Assembly (NCBI GenBank): GCA_050253415.1
Contig: JBFWJC010000004.1
Coordinates: forward strand, 256,001 to 320,000
Direction of reading: 5' to 3'
Source: Pedobacter sp.
GTDB taxonomy: Bacteria > Desulfobacterota > Desulfuromonadia > Desulfuromonadales > Syntrophotaleaceae
DNA: 64,000 bases
The position numbers and the translations under genes are program-made. Below the pieces are notes generated by a model that was not told the origin of the DNA, ran no database searches, and saw only the letters and a program-made list of their open reading frames with translations. Below, in pieces: positions 36,844-47,819 of the stretch (the first letter of the stretch is position 1; each line of letters begins with the position of its first letter).

Positions 36844-38145
36844 TTATCTCTGTTGGTTGACAGCCAGGGCGGCGATTTGCGCCTGGCGGGCATAGTCGAT
36901 CGATTCGGCCAGGATACGGGCCGCCTCCTGCGGGCTGTGAAAGCCGGTGCTGTTTTCCGACGAGACGAAATCCCAGCGCAGTTGCGCACGGCGGTGCAGA
37001 TGCCGGGCCTGCGCCAGCTGGGCATCGGTCGCTCCGGCCTGTTGCTGCTGCACGATGGCGTCCATGGCCGCCAGCAGCGCTTCTTCGCTTTTGCGCAGCA
37101 GTGCGGCGGTCTTATTCTGAATCAGGATGACGCGTTCCTTCAACTCCTGCTCGGGCAGGTTATGACAGCTCTGGCAGGCCTGATTGAGATTGGTCAACGG
37201 GCTGCGCACCCAGTGGTCGGAAACCTTGACGCTCCCCTGTCGGACATACGGCATGTGACAATCCGCGCAGGCCACGCCGGAACGGGCATGAATGCCGGTG
37301 CCCCACATTTCGAATTCGGGGTGCTGCATCTTGAGCATCGGCGCGCCGGTTTCCTTATGGGTCCAGTCTTTGAATCCATAGGCATCGTAATGCTCCTCGA
37401 TGGCGTCGATGGTACGGCCACGGCTCCAAGGGAAGGTCAGCAGCTTGTTGTCGCCCTTGAAGTAATATTCCACATGGCATTGGCCGCACACGTAGGAGCG
37501 CATCTGTTGGCGATCGGCCTTGGTGACATCGACGCCGACCTCCGCCATGGCGTTGATGAACGCGGGACGGGTCACACGCAACGCCATGGTTTTGGGATCA
37601 TGGCAATCGGCGCAGGACGAACCGGTGTGCAGCATCGGCTCAAGCTCGTTATACGGGGTGTGGTTGAAGGCCTCCCAGCCCATCTTTTCGATCAGCCCGG
37701 GGGCCTCGGCGGCATGGCAGTTGACGCAGGCGCCGGGCTGGCTGACGACTTTGACGCGCTGGGTATTTTTCTGATCGGTAACGGCATAATAATGCCCGCG
37801 CTCTTCGTTGTGATCGATGCTGAAGGCATAACCGGCCCACAGGCGCTTCATGGCCGGATAACGCTCCAGCTTGCTGTAGGGTTCGGACCCGCCGTAAGCG
37901 GTGCTGCCGTAGTTGGTTTCCGTCTTGACGAAGGAATCGTATTCAAACGGAAAGTTTTTACCCCACACCGCCGGGTCGATTTCCTTGTCGCCGATCTCGA
38001 CCACTTTCAGCGGATACTGCAAGGCCTCCAGCTTGCGCTGACGGATGTTGAGCAGCAACAAAGCTACCGCCACACTGCCGGCCACAGCGACCAGAAACAC
38101 GATCACCGACAGCCGCCATGGAGAAAAAAGGGATTTGAACGTCAT
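36844..38145 (-). CDS. nrfA: Pentaheme cytochrome c nitrite reductase (CXXCH active-site variant)
   Basis: LWAGYAFS..ERGH, five CxxCH, CGQCHVEYYF, KMQHPEFE, ENSTGFH. Confidence 0.95.
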   Translation of the reverse strand: MTFKSLFSPWRLSVIVFLVAVAGSVAVALLLLNIRQRKLEALQYPLKVVEIGDKEIDPAVWGKNFPFEYDSFVKTETNYGSTAYGGSEPYSKLERYPAMKRLWAGYAFSIDHNEERGHYYAVTDQKNTQRVKVVSQPGACVNCHAAEAPGLIEKMGWEAFNHTPYNELEPMLHTGSSCADCHDPKTMALRVTRPAFINAMAEVGVDVTKADRQQMRSYVCGQCHVEYYFKGDNKLLTFPWSRGRTIDAIEEHYDAYGFKDWTHKETGAPMLKMQHPEFEMWGTGIHARSGVACADCHMPYVRQGSVKVSDHWVRSPLTNLNQACQSCHNLPEQELKERVILIQNKTAALLRKSEEALLAAMDAIVQQQQAGATDAQLAQARHLHRRAQLRWDFVSSENSTGFHSPQEAARILAESIDYARQAQIAALAVNQQR

Positions 38146-38160
38146 GCTCGGTTCCTTTCC

Positions 38161-38628
38161 TTATCTGCGAGTACCATGACCGACATTGCCATGGCAGTGC
38201 AGGCAATCGGCCTGTTGCCCGCCGGCATTGCGCACCATACGATCGATTACGGGACGATGGCAGCGAATGCAGTTGGCCACGGCTATCTGACGATTGAAGG
38301 GACGGATGCGCAAAGGGTCCTGCAAATGGCCGGTGGTGAAGGCCTTGCTGTGGTTCCAGCCGTTAATGGCCTTGACGGCATATTTGCCGATGAGATTGTG
38401 AGGGGTGTGGCAGCTGTTGCAGTTGGCCACGGCTTTGTGGCTGCCGCGATTCCAGGCATCATAGGTATCGCGCATGATATGGCAGTTGAGGCAGGCACGC
38501 GGGTCATCGCGAAAATAAGACAGGCCCCGCGCATAGATGAAGGTCAGCCCGGAAAGCCCGATCAGCACTCCCAGGGAAAGTGGCAGCAGCCATCGAAACG
38601 TTGCTGAAAAACGTCGTGGAGCAGTCAT
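38161..38628 (-). CDS. nrfH: Tetraheme membrane quinol dehydrogenase subunit
   Basis: N-terminal TM; CLNCHIM, CNSCH, CIRCH, CLHCH..VGH. Confidence 0.95.
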   Translation of the reverse strand: MTAPRRFSATFRWLLPLSLGVLIGLSGLTFIYARGLSYFRDDPRACLNCHIMRDTYDAWNRGSHKAVANCNSCHTPHNLIGKYAVKAINGWNHSKAFTTGHLQDPLRIRPFNRQIAVANCIRCHRPVIDRMVRNAGGQQADCLHCHGNVGHGTRR

Positions 38629-38923
38629 CCACGCATCCTCTCTTTATATTGTAAAAAAAACGAGCGCCTGATCGTGGCTCCTGAAAGCTTAACCATGTTT
38701 TACCTTTCCGACAAGAGCGTATGCACATAAATACCCCATGTTTCCCGATTTGTCGTAATTTTAGCGGTGCCGGCATGCTGGTAGCCTCGCCGCACATCCT
38801 CATTTCTCAGGCTCACGCCAATCAAAAACTGACACGGAAAAATCTCCTGTTTTTTCAAAAAGATGTACACAATTTCAACCCGTTGGAGATTTCATACCAT
38901 CTTTTCAGCTATACTTGGAAACC

Positions 38924-40707
38924 ATGAACGACTCCTCTCCAGCCTCCCATCAAAGCGTTGCTTAAATTGCCCGGCAGCTTGACGCCGATGTGCAACGGGG
39001 CCTTTCCATGCAGCAGGCGAAACGCCGTCTGATACGCTACGGACGCAATCTCATCGCTCGTGGCAAACAGGTTTCGGCATGAAAAATCGTGCTGCGTCAG
39101 CTGCGCAACATCATCGTTTTTCTACTGCTGGTGGCGGCCGCCATCTCATTTTTTCTGGGCGACACACTGGAAGGGCTTGCGGTCCTGGCGGTGGTGGTAC
39201 TCAACACGCTGTTCGGGTTCATTACCGAATATCGCGCTGAGAAATCGGTGGAAGCCTTGCAGCAGATGGTAAAACCACGGCCAAGGTTCTACGTGAAGGC
39301 CGACTGCGACAGATTTCCGCGGAGGAAGTGGTGCCCGGTGACATTCTGGTATTTGAGGAAGGCGACCTGGTCACCGCCGATGCCCGGTTGGTGGAGGCTG
39401 ACACTCTTGCCGTCGACGAAGCTCTTTTGACGGGAGGATCCAAGCCGACCAGCAAAAACCTGGAAATCATCGTTGGCGAAGTAGCACTGGCCGACTGCCG
39501 CAACATGGTCTTCATGGGAACCGCCGTTACGCGAGGAAACGGCGCTGCCATCGTGGTGGCAAAGGGGATATCCACCGAGATGGGCAAAATCTCCAGCCTG
39601 CTGGTTGCCACCGAAACCGAACCGAGCCCCCTTGAAAAACGTCTGGAGAGAACCGGGCGCTTTCTGGTAATGCTGACCCTGGCGATTACCGCAGTGGTGG
39701 CAGGCACCGGCGGGGCGGCATTGGAAACGAAACGGCCACCTGCGAACCGGAACTGACACGCATGTCGACCGCCGAACTGACGGAACGCCTGCGCCGGTGC
39801 AGCGTTTTTGCACGCATCTCGCCGCGTCATAGACTCGATATCGTTGCCGCGCTCAAAGCCGACAATCAGATAGCGGCCATGACCGGCGACGACGTCAACG
39901 ATGCACCGGCTCTGAAAAAAGCCGACATCGGAGTGGCCATGGGACAGCGCGACACCAGCGTCGCCAGGCAAGCCGCCAACATGGTGCTGCTTGACGACCG
40001 TTTTATCACCATCCTGGAGGCGGTGCGCCAGGGGAGGGTGATTTTCGACAACATCCATAAATTCATCCACTACCTGCTTTCCTGCAACCTGAGCGAAATC
40101 CTGATCATCTTTTTGTGCATCGTCCAGGGGATGCCCACCCCCCCTGGTGGCCTTGCAGATCCTGTGGCTCAACCTGGTTACCGACGTGTTCCCCGCCTTG
40201 GCCATGGGGTTTGAAGTACCCGAAACCGACCTCATGGCACGGCCGCCACGCAATCCGTCTGAGGGGCTCATCACCACCCGGTTCAAGCTGCGCATCGTCA
40301 TGGAGGGGCTGGTGATCATCCTCGGGCCGCTTACGGTATTCCTGTTCAGCGTCCAGCAAGGCTTCCCACTGGCCGAAACCCGCACGGTAGCCTTCATGAC
40401 CCTGGCCCTGGGCCAGCTGCTGCACGTTTTCAACGTCCGGCGCAAAAACGGCCTGGGTTTCGATACCAGCCTGTCCAGAGCGCCCTTTTTATGGGGAGCC
40501 TTTGCCCTGACGCTGATCCTGCAATGGCTGGCCGTCTATACGCCGGGATTGCAGCGGGTATTGCACACCACGGCCATGACGCATGACATGTGGATATTAA
40601 CCCTGGTCGGCGCCACAGCACCGGAGGTGATATTGCAGACCGTTGCCCTGATCCGCCGGATGACTTGCAAGCATGCGACCGGTGCTGTCAACCACCGTAA
40701 ATTTTAA
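38924..40707 (+). pseudogene. Disrupted cation-transporting P-type ATPase (type II)
   Basis: Fragments in several frames with early stops; LTGGS (TGES), MTGDDVND (TGDGVND), QILWLNLVTD; DKTGT region absent. Confidence 0.9.
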
Positions 40708-40756
40708 AATTCTGGGGCTGTTAAAAGAATTGGGCCGGAAGAACTCCGGCCCGATA

Positions 40757-41824
40757 TCACGAGGAGGCGGGATGGGGGGAAGTAACAACGGGGAAACAGA
40801 CCGGTTGAGCCAGCCTGGCGGAGATTCCTACACTGTGACCGACGGACCATTCACTGGTTCCGGGAAACAATGCCTGCAACTGTTGACCACTAGGCAACTC
40901 CAATAAATAAAACATATCGGCGCCACGAAACTGACGATGGACGACACAAGCTTTAACCTGTGAGGAATCATCAGGAAATATATTTTCAGGGCGCAGCAAT
41001 ACCTGCACCGGACCGTCGCACCGAGTGTCCTGGCGATCAAAAAACGTTCCCAGTTCGGTGTGGACCGCTCCCGCGATAGACGCATGTCCGGACACCAGCG
41101 TCCCTTCGCCAACAAAGCAGGCAACTTGGGGATCGGCCGGTTTCCGGTAAAGATTGTCGACGCTGTCCCACTGTAGCAATTGCCCCCCGTTCATCACACC
41201 GATGCGATCGGCAATGGCAAACGCCTCCTGCTGGTTATGGGTGACGAACAGGGCGGTGGCGCCGTAGGATTTGATAATCTGACGCACTTCCAGGGCTAAT
41301 CGATCACGCAAAGTGACATCGAGATTGGAAAACGGCTCATCCATGAGTAGCAGCGCAGGCCGGGGAGCCAGGGCTCTGGCCAGGGCAACGCGCTGCTGCT
41401 GACCACCGGAAAGCTCATGGGGGAAACGATGCCGGCTGCCCGACAATCCCACCAGTTCCAGCACTTCTCCCGTTCTGCCCTTGCGTTCCGCGCGGGACAG
41501 ATGCGGTAATCCAAAACTCACGTTATCCTGCACCGACAGATGAGGGAACAGGGCATAATCCTGAAACACCATGCCGATAGCCCGTTTCTCAGGAGGCAAA
41601 AGCCTGCCGGGGCGACTGACGACCTCGCCGTTGAGTACAACCTGCCCTGCCAACAAGGGCTCGAAACCGGCAATAATACGCAGCATGGTGGTCTTGCCGC
41701 AGCCGCTGGGACCAAGCAAACAACCAATCTGGTCTTTGGCCAGGCTCAAGGTAAGATCACGAACCACCTTAAAAGAACCGTAGGACTGGGAGACGTGCTG
41801 CAACTCAAGAACAGGTTTATTCAT
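40757..41824 (-). CDS. fbpC: Fe3+ ABC transporter ATPase
   Basis: GPSGCGKT, FQDYALFPH, LSGGQQQR; TOBE-like C-terminus. Confidence 0.88.
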   Translation of the reverse strand: MNKPVLELQHVSQSYGSFKVVRDLTLSLAKDQIGCLLGPSGCGKTTMLRIIAGFEPLLAGQVVLNGEVVSRPGRLLPPEKRAIGMVFQDYALFPHLSVQDNVSFGLPHLSRAERKGRTGEVLELVGLSGSRHRFPHELSGGQQQRVALARALAPRPALLLMDEPFSNLDVTLRDRLALEVRQIIKSYGATALFVTHNQQEAFAIADRIGVMNGGQLLQWDSVDNLYRKPADPQVACFVGEGTLVSGHASIAGAVHTELGTFFDRQDTRCDGPVQVLLRPENIFPDDSSQVKACVVHRQFRGADMFYLLELPSGQQLQALFPGTSEWSVGHSVGISARLAQPVCFPVVTSPHPASS

Positions 41825-41837
41825 ATGTTTCTCCTTG

Positions 41838-43553
41838 CTATCCCTTTTCACTTCTGCGACCGGAACCACCTGCACCCTCGCCCGCCCGCATGAACAACAC
41901 AATAGGCAGCACCCCTGCGGCCAACAGGGTCAGGGCTGGTAATGCCGCCCTTTCCCATTCGCCTTCGGAGGTCAGTTCAAAGATCTTTACGGCCAAAGTA
42001 TCGACTCCGAAAGGACGCGTCATGAGGGTAATGGGCATCTCTTTCATAATGTCGACGAACACCAGGGTGGCCGCGGTGAGTAAACCGTTCTTGAGCAGCG
42101 GCAGATGCAGTCGCATCAATCTCGAAAAGCCCCCATGCCCCATAAGCCGTGCGGCTTCGTCAAGATGCGGCGGGATCCGGTGCATGGCGCCATCCACGGC
42201 TTTGAAGCCCACGGCCAGGAAGCGCACCAGATAAGCCAACAGCATGGCCAGCCCCGTGCCGGTCAACAAAGCGCCCGGCGCCAGGCCGAAGGTATCCTGC
42301 AAAAACGTGGAAACATACCGATCGAGGGCAATCATGGGGATAAACAATCCCACCGCCAGAACCGGCCCAGGCAGGGCGTACCCCAAGTTCGCCAAACGCA
42401 CCATGGCCCGATGACCCGGACCAGGCCGTCTGCGCTGCCCATAGGCAACGCCCAGCGATGCCAGCACAACAATTACAGCCCCGATCAGACCCAGCCGCAG
42501 GGAATGATAGATGAGGCTCAGGTAACGGCCATTGAACTCCTCCCCGAACGAACCGATGGCCCAGGACATAAGTTGCCCTACCGGCAGAACCAGCGCCAGC
42601 AACAACACGCCCCCGGTGTAGGCCAATGCGAGCCAACGCAAGGGACCCTCAAGGCGCAGCCGGGCACCTGTGGCGATCGGCCGCGATTCGGCATATCGGC
42701 GCCTGCTGCGCAAGCGTTGCTCCAGCAGAACCACGACGAAGACCACAGTCACAAGGCAGGAAGACAATTGAGCTGCTGCCGGCAAGGAAAAAAAGCCATA
42801 CCATGCTTTGTAGATGGCGGTGGTAAAGGTATCGAAATTGAAAGCGGAGACGGTGCCGAAATCGGCCAGGGTTTCCATCAACACCAGCATCACTCCACCC
42901 GCAACCCAGGGACGGGCCATGGGCAGAATGACTTTATAAAACGCTCTGAAAGGACTGCACCCCAAGGTGCGAGCAGCTTCCAGCATCCTTTGCCCCTGGG
43001 TAAGGAAAGCGTTGCGCGTCAGCAGATATACATAGGGATACAGGGTCAGGGTAAGGACCGCAATAATCACCGGCGTCGACCGCGCCGGAGGTGTCCACGC
43101 CCCCGGTCCGAACAATCCGCGTATCAGGCTGGCAACCGGTCCACCAAAATCGAGCAGGCCGAGTACCGCCACCGCCAGCACGTAACCGGGCATGGCAAGG
43201 GGCAACAGCAGGGCCCAGGACAGCACCCGCCTGCCGGGAAACTCGCACATGGCCGTTAGCCATGCCAAGCTAACCCCGAGCACCGCCGATGCGACGCAAA
43301 CACCCACCGATAGCATCACGGTATTAACCAGGAGATCCGGCAAAACCGTAGAGTACAAATGTTCCCAGATATCCCAGACTGGCTGACGCCAGGCCGTAAA
43401 AATAACCAGCAGCGGCGCCAGTACCAAGGCACTGATCGTGGCGATCAGAAGAGTCCATCCGCTATCCCGGCCGGGTCTGACCGACGACGTGAAGGCACGA
43501 AACAACCGTGCCTTCACGTTCATGGCCCCTATTATGGGTTCGGAAGTTGCCAT
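41838..43553 (-). CDS. fbpB: Fe3+ ABC transporter permease (duplicated)
   Basis: Two EAA loops (EAARTLG, EAARLMG), ETLADFG, KEMPITL. Confidence 0.9.
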   Translation of the reverse strand: MATSEPIIGAMNVKARLFRAFTSSVRPGRDSGWTLLIATISALVLAPLLVIFTAWRQPVWDIWEHLYSTVLPDLLVNTVMLSVGVCVASAVLGVSLAWLTAMCEFPGRRVLSWALLLPLAMPGYVLAVAVLGLLDFGGPVASLIRGLFGPGAWTPPARSTPVIIAVLTLTLYPYVYLLTRNAFLTQGQRMLEAARTLGCSPFRAFYKVILPMARPWVAGGVMLVLMETLADFGTVSAFNFDTFTTAIYKAWYGFFSLPAAAQLSSCLVTVVFVVVLLEQRLRSRRRYAESRPIATGARLRLEGPLRWLALAYTGGVLLLALVLPVGQLMSWAIGSFGEEFNGRYLSLIYHSLRLGLIGAVIVVLASLGVAYGQRRRPGPGHRAMVRLANLGYALPGPVLAVGLFIPMIALDRYVSTFLQDTFGLAPGALLTGTGLAMLLAYLVRFLAVGFKAVDGAMHRIPPHLDEAARLMGHGGFSRLMRLHLPLLKNGLLTAATLVFVDIMKEMPITLMTRPFGVDTLAVKIFELTSEGEWERAALPALTLLAAGVLPIVLFMRAGEGAGGSGRRSEKG

Positions 43554-43565
43554 CAGGGACGTATC

Positions 43566-44582
43566 CTAACGGTAGCCGGCGCGATCCATCAACTTGATGG
43601 CGCGTTCCTGAAGTTCACCCGCACGGGACAGGGGAAGATCGCTGGCATGAAAAGTGCCCCATGCTGCCACATCCGGATGAGCTTTAACCTGCGGGTTAAC
43701 CGGGTACTCCAAATTGCCGTCGGCAAACAGATTCTGCGCCTTTTCGCTGGACAACCACTCCAGGAATCGTATCGCTTCAGCCCGATGTTTGGCATGGCGC
43801 GTAATCCCCGCCCCCGAGACATTGACATGCACTCCCCCGGCACCTGTCCCCTGATTAGGCCAGGACAGGGCCAGTTTCAGATTCGGATTCTTCTGCTGCA
43901 GGCGACCGAAGTAATAGGTATTCACGATCCCCACATCCCCCTGTCCGGCCAGGATCGCTTCCATGACCTGAGTATCGTTGGCCAGTGGCGCAGCGGCAAA
44001 GTTACCAACCCAGGAACGCACGATGTTTTCTGTAACCGCCTCTCCGTGAGCCGCCAACAACATGGCAACCAGCGATTGGTTATAGACCTTTTTAGAGGTA
44101 CGCAGCAGCAATCGCCCCTTCCACGCGGCATCCCCAAGGGCTTCATATGTGCTGAGCTGCTCAGGTCGCACCCGCTCGGTACTGTAAACCAGGGTCCGGG
44201 CACGCAGCGAAAGTCCGAACCAACGATTTTTTTCGTCGCGCAAATGAGCGGGGATATTTCGTTGCAGGGTTTGCGAAACCACCGGTTGCAAGATGCCTTC
44301 CTCTGCCGCATGCCAGAGGTTTCCGGCGTCCACGGTAATCAGAATATCCGCCGGAGTGCTGGCACCTTCAGCCTTAAGACGAGCCAGCAGAGGACCTTCC
44401 TTGTCGGTGATAAAGCGAATATGGGTACCGGTCTGCTCGGTATAAGCATCGAACAACGGCTGAATAAGATGCTCGTTGCGCGCCGAGTAAACCACCAATT
44501 CATTTGCATCGGCTGGGGTTTGCCACACACCGACAAATGCGGCAACCAATAGAAAATGGGTTACAAAAATAAATTGCTTCAT
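43566..44582 (-). CDS. fbpA: Fe3+ ABC substrate-binding protein (FbpA/FutA type)
   Basis: VYSAR, PADILITVDAG, YNQSL, NTYY, HVNVSG. Confidence 0.9.
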   Translation of the reverse strand: MKQFIFVTHFLLVAAFVGVWQTPADANELVVYSARNEHLIQPLFDAYTEQTGTHIRFITDKEGPLLARLKAEGASTPADILITVDAGNLWHAAEEGILQPVVSQTLQRNIPAHLRDEKNRWFGLSLRARTLVYSTERVRPEQLSTYEALGDAAWKGRLLLRTSKKVYNQSLVAMLLAAHGEAVTENIVRSWVGNFAAAPLANDTQVMEAILAGQGDVGIVNTYYFGRLQQKNPNLKLALSWPNQGTGAGGVHVNVSGAGITRHAKHRAEAIRFLEWLSSEKAQNLFADGNLEYPVNPQVKAHPDVAAWGTFHASDLPLSRAGELQERAIKLMDRAGYR

Positions 44583-44601
44583 ACAACCTCCCGTTAAGTG
44601 G

Positions 44602-44621
44602 AAATGAAAACCGTTTTCATC
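44602..44621. promoter_or_regulatory. Fur-box-like operator
   Basis: ATGAAAACCGTTTTCAT palindrome just upstream of the fbpA RBS; matches the feoA site. Confidence 0.75.
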
Positions 44622-44802
44622 TTCTACATAAAACAACCAAGGCAGTCAACAAAAAACTTTGCTTGCCTTACGATTTCCTACCTTGTCAGTATTGTTTGAC
44701 CACCCCATACCACCTAAACGGACTAAACTCGAGGATTTGCGGCTTCCTAAACCCCAGAGGGGTAACTTTGCAGATTTGCCTATTGCGTTTCTAAATGACC
44801 TG

Positions 44803-44828
44803 CTATAGGGTACCCCCCTACCCCTACA
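44803..44828. promoter_or_regulatory. CsoR/RcnR-type operator (G/C tract)
   Basis: tatagggtacccccctacccctac upstream of the repressor gene. Confidence 0.55.
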
Positions 44829-44841
44829 AAGGAGACACGGT

Positions 44842-45120
44842 ATGAGTCTTTGCGGATCAGACCAAGACAAAGAACGCCTGCTTAAACGACTGCATCGCAT
44901 AGAAGGCCAGGTAAAAGGGTTATGCGGGATGATTGAAACCGATCGCGACTGCATTGAGGTCTTACGCCAAATCGCATCGGCGACCATGGCCTTAAAAGGT
45001 GTATGGGTGCAAATGGTCGGCGATCACTTGCGCGGGTGTGTTAAACAGGCGGTGTTGGATGGCGACAATAGCGAACAACTGATCGATGAACTGACGGACC
45101 TGCTACAAAAGGTACGGTGA
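44842..45120 (+). CDS. CsoR/RcnR-family metal-sensing repressor
   Basis: RLHRIEGQVKGL..RDCIEVLRQI..HLRGC. Confidence 0.92.
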   Translation: MSLCGSDQDKERLLKRLHRIEGQVKGLCGMIETDRDCIEVLRQIASATMALKGVWVQMVGDHLRGCVKQAVLDGDNSEQLIDELTDLLQKVR

Positions 45121-46058
45121 GAGAGTATTCCATGAACGAAAAGAACGGGCAGAAATCCTGCAGCCATTCCCATGCCACTGCTCCCCATGTGCATGGGAAC
45201 GAAGTTAAAACGTTGCGCGTGGTGATACTGACTTTCGCCACCATGGTGGTTGAAGTAGCGGCCGGATATATAACCGGATCCATGGCCCTGCTGGCTGATG
45301 GCTGGCACATGGGCACACATGCTTTTGCACTTGGCATTACCTGGTTGGCATATATACTGGCCAGGAGGCATGCCAACTCGCCGGATTTCAGTTTCGGCAC
45401 GGGAAAATTCGGCATTCTTGCCGGCTACACCAGCGCCCTGTTCCTTGGTATCGCCGCGATATCCATGCTCTATCAATCGGTTGAACGTTTGATTTCACCG
45501 ATACCCATCGCATTCAACGAAGCGATTGTCGTCGCCGTACTGGGTTTGATCGTCAATGCGGCAAGCATCGTTATCATGCAAGATCATGGGCAGGACCACG
45601 GTCATGGGCATCATCATGACCATAGTTTCAGAGCAGCATATCTTCACGTCATTGCCGATGCCCTGACATCCGTGCTCGCCATAACAGCACTTTTGACCGG
45701 GAAATTTCTTGGATGGACGTTCCTTGATCCCGTCATGGGCATGATTGGCGGATTGCTCATCCTTCGCTGGGCCGGTCTTCTGCTTAAACAAACGGCCAGG
45801 ATTCTTCTGGATGGCAGAGCCCCCGGCGACATCCACGAGCAAATCCGCAGGGAACTCGAATCGGATACAGATAGTCTCGTTACCGATTTGCGTGTCTGGT
45901 ATCTGAGCTCCCAGCATCTTGCAGCTCTGATATCCGTTGAGACAGGTAAACCTCGCGCCCCCAGTGAATACCGGCAACGGCTGGAAGCGATGCACAATCT
46001 CCAACACGTTACAGTTGAAGTACTCCACCGAAAGAGTGAAAGCATCACAACACCATAA
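45117..46058 (+). CDS. dmeF: CDF-family Co/Ni efflux transporter (DmeF-like)
   Basis: SMALLADGWHMGTH, His-rich loop, AAYLHVIADALTS. Confidence 0.88.
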   Translation: MREYSMNEKNGQKSCSHSHATAPHVHGNEVKTLRVVILTFATMVVEVAAGYITGSMALLADGWHMGTHAFALGITWLAYILARRHANSPDFSFGTGKFGILAGYTSALFLGIAAISMLYQSVERLISPIPIAFNEAIVVAVLGLIVNAASIVIMQDHGQDHGHGHHHDHSFRAAYLHVIADALTSVLAITALLTGKFLGWTFLDPVMGMIGGLLILRWAGLLLKQTARILLDGRAPGDIHEQIRRELESDTDSLVTDLRVWYLSSQHLAALISVETGKPRAPSEYRQRLEAMHNLQHVTVEVLHRKSESITTP

Positions 46059-46094
46059 AACTGCTGTACACTCAACTTTACCAAGGAAACATTT

Positions 46095-47165
46095 ATGGAC
46101 GTCTTGACCCTTATCATGCTCATCGCAGGTTTTATCATTCTCATCGGCGGCGCCGAACTGCTGGTACGCGGGGCGGCGCAACTGGCCTCCGACCTGGGGA
46201 TTTCACCACTGGTGGTCGGCCTCACCGTTGTTTCGTTCGGCACCAGCGCACCGGAACTGGCCGTCAGCGTGTTTTCGGCCTGGAACGGCCAGGCGGGACT
46301 GGCACTGGGCAATGTGGTCGGCAGCAACATCTGCAATGTCCTGCTGATTCTGGGCGTATCCGCTCTGGTGGCGCCCCTGGTGGTTGCGCGCCAGGTGGTG
46401 CGCCTGGAAGTGCCGATCATGATCGGCACCGCCTTGCTGCTGATACTGCTGAGCCTCAACGGTGGACTGGAACGCTGGGAAGGACTGTTGATGTTCGCCT
46501 GCGCAGTGATTTATGTCACCTGGACGGTACTACGCAGCCGGCGGGAAACCCGCGATCAGCCAGCCCAGTGTGAACTGCCCGCGGGACCCCGCCCCAGGCG
46601 CCTGTGGCAGATCGGTCAGATCGTCGCCGGCCTGGCGCTGCTTGGATTGGGATCGCACTGGCTGGTAGGCGGGGCCATCAGCATCGCCACCTATTTCGGC
46701 GTCAGCGACCTGGTCATCGGTCTGACGGTGGTGGCGGTAGGCACCTCGCTGCCGGAACTGGCCACTTCGGCCCTGGCCGCCCTGCGCGGCCAACGCGACA
46801 TTGCCGTCGGCAACGTGGTGGGCAGCAACATCTTCAACATCCTTGTGGTACTGGGGCTGACGGCCAGCGTGGCGCCGACGGCCATACCCATACCCCAGCA
46901 GGCTTTGATGGTCGATCTGCCGATCATGCTGGCGGTCTGTCTGGCCTGCCTGCCCATCTTCCTGGCCGGACACCGTATCGCCCGCTGGGAGGGAGGGCTG
47001 TTCTTCGGCTACTTTATCGCCTATATCGTTTTCACCGTCCTCACTACCCTGCACCACCCGCAAAGGGGGCTGTTTGTGCAGGCCATGACGTTTTTCTTCA
47101 TCCCCCTTACCGTGGTGACCCTGACGCTGTCCCTGTGGCGCGCTCTGCATCGAAGACGCACATAG
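46095..47165 (+). CDS. Ca2+/Na+ antiporter (YrbG family)
   Basis: GTSAPEL..GNVVGSN and GTSLPEL..GNVVGSN alpha repeats. Confidence 0.93.
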   Translation: MDVLTLIMLIAGFIILIGGAELLVRGAAQLASDLGISPLVVGLTVVSFGTSAPELAVSVFSAWNGQAGLALGNVVGSNICNVLLILGVSALVAPLVVARQVVRLEVPIMIGTALLLILLSLNGGLERWEGLLMFACAVIYVTWTVLRSRRETRDQPAQCELPAGPRPRRLWQIGQIVAGLALLGLGSHWLVGGAISIATYFGVSDLVIGLTVVAVGTSLPELATSALAALRGQRDIAVGNVVGSNIFNILVVLGLTASVAPTAIPIPQQALMVDLPIMLAVCLACLPIFLAGHRIARWEGGLFFGYFIAYIVFTVLTTLHHPQRGLFVQAMTFFFIPLTVVTLTLSLWRALHRRRT

Positions 47166-47199
47166 CCGATACCTCTTCACAATCAGAAAGATGTCCTTT

Positions 47200-47230
47200 G
47201 GGCGGTCCTTGCGACCGCCCTTTCTTTTTG
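47200..47230 (+). terminator. Intrinsic terminator
   Basis: gggcggtc..gaccgccc followed by a T-rich run. Confidence 0.7.
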
Positions 47231-47368
47231 TATTTGGGTTCTGCCGTCATAACCCGTGGACAAAAAAAAATGACCCAGATCAAAAAATCGGTTGACAAGC
47301 TTCGCTCAATATATTACCTATCTAGTCATCATTACCGAATTGGTCATAATTCAACGGGGGAATTATAC

Positions 47369-47767
47369 ATGATTACGAGGGAAGCCGATTACTGCATACG
47401 CACCATCCTGCACCTTTCTCGTCCGGAGCATCGAAATCAACCGGTGCCGGTGGGCGAATTGGCCACGGAGATGGCCATCCCCTCCCCTTTCCTGCGCAAG
47501 ATTCTGGCAAAACTTATCGATGCCGGACTGGTGCTCAGCCACCGCGGACGGAACGGTGGGCTGACCCTGAATGGCTCCCCCGAACAGATCAGCTTGCTGA
47601 AGATCCTGCAACTGGCGGATGACAGGGGCCTGTTACTGAATCAATGCCTTGGGCACAACGGCTGTTGCACCCGCAAGGGAAGCTGCACGGTGCATAGCGC
47701 CATGCAAAAACTGCAATCCGTGATGGAGGAGCATCTGAAATCCATCACTTTTGATCAACTTACTTGA
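47369..47767 (+). CDS. Rrf2-family regulator with Cys cluster ligands
   Basis: TREADY, LRKIL..L..AGLV.S.RGRNGG, CLGHNGCC..C. Confidence 0.92.
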   Translation: MITREADYCIRTILHLSRPEHRNQPVPVGELATEMAIPSPFLRKILAKLIDAGLVLSHRGRNGGLTLNGSPEQISLLKILQLADDRGLLLNQCLGHNGCCTRKGSCTVHSAMQKLQSVMEEHLKSITFDQLT

Positions 47768-47819
47768 GCTAACCATCAAACATCCACAATCAAACATTAT
47801 CAAAACCTGGAGGGAACCA

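Noticed and set aside
36727..38607. 626-aa plus-strand ORF
   Set aside because: Antisense to nrfHA, which carry clear heme motifs
39089..40707. Split multi-subunit ATPase or programmed frameshift
   Set aside because: Catalytic motifs are mutated or deleted, so decay is the simpler explanation
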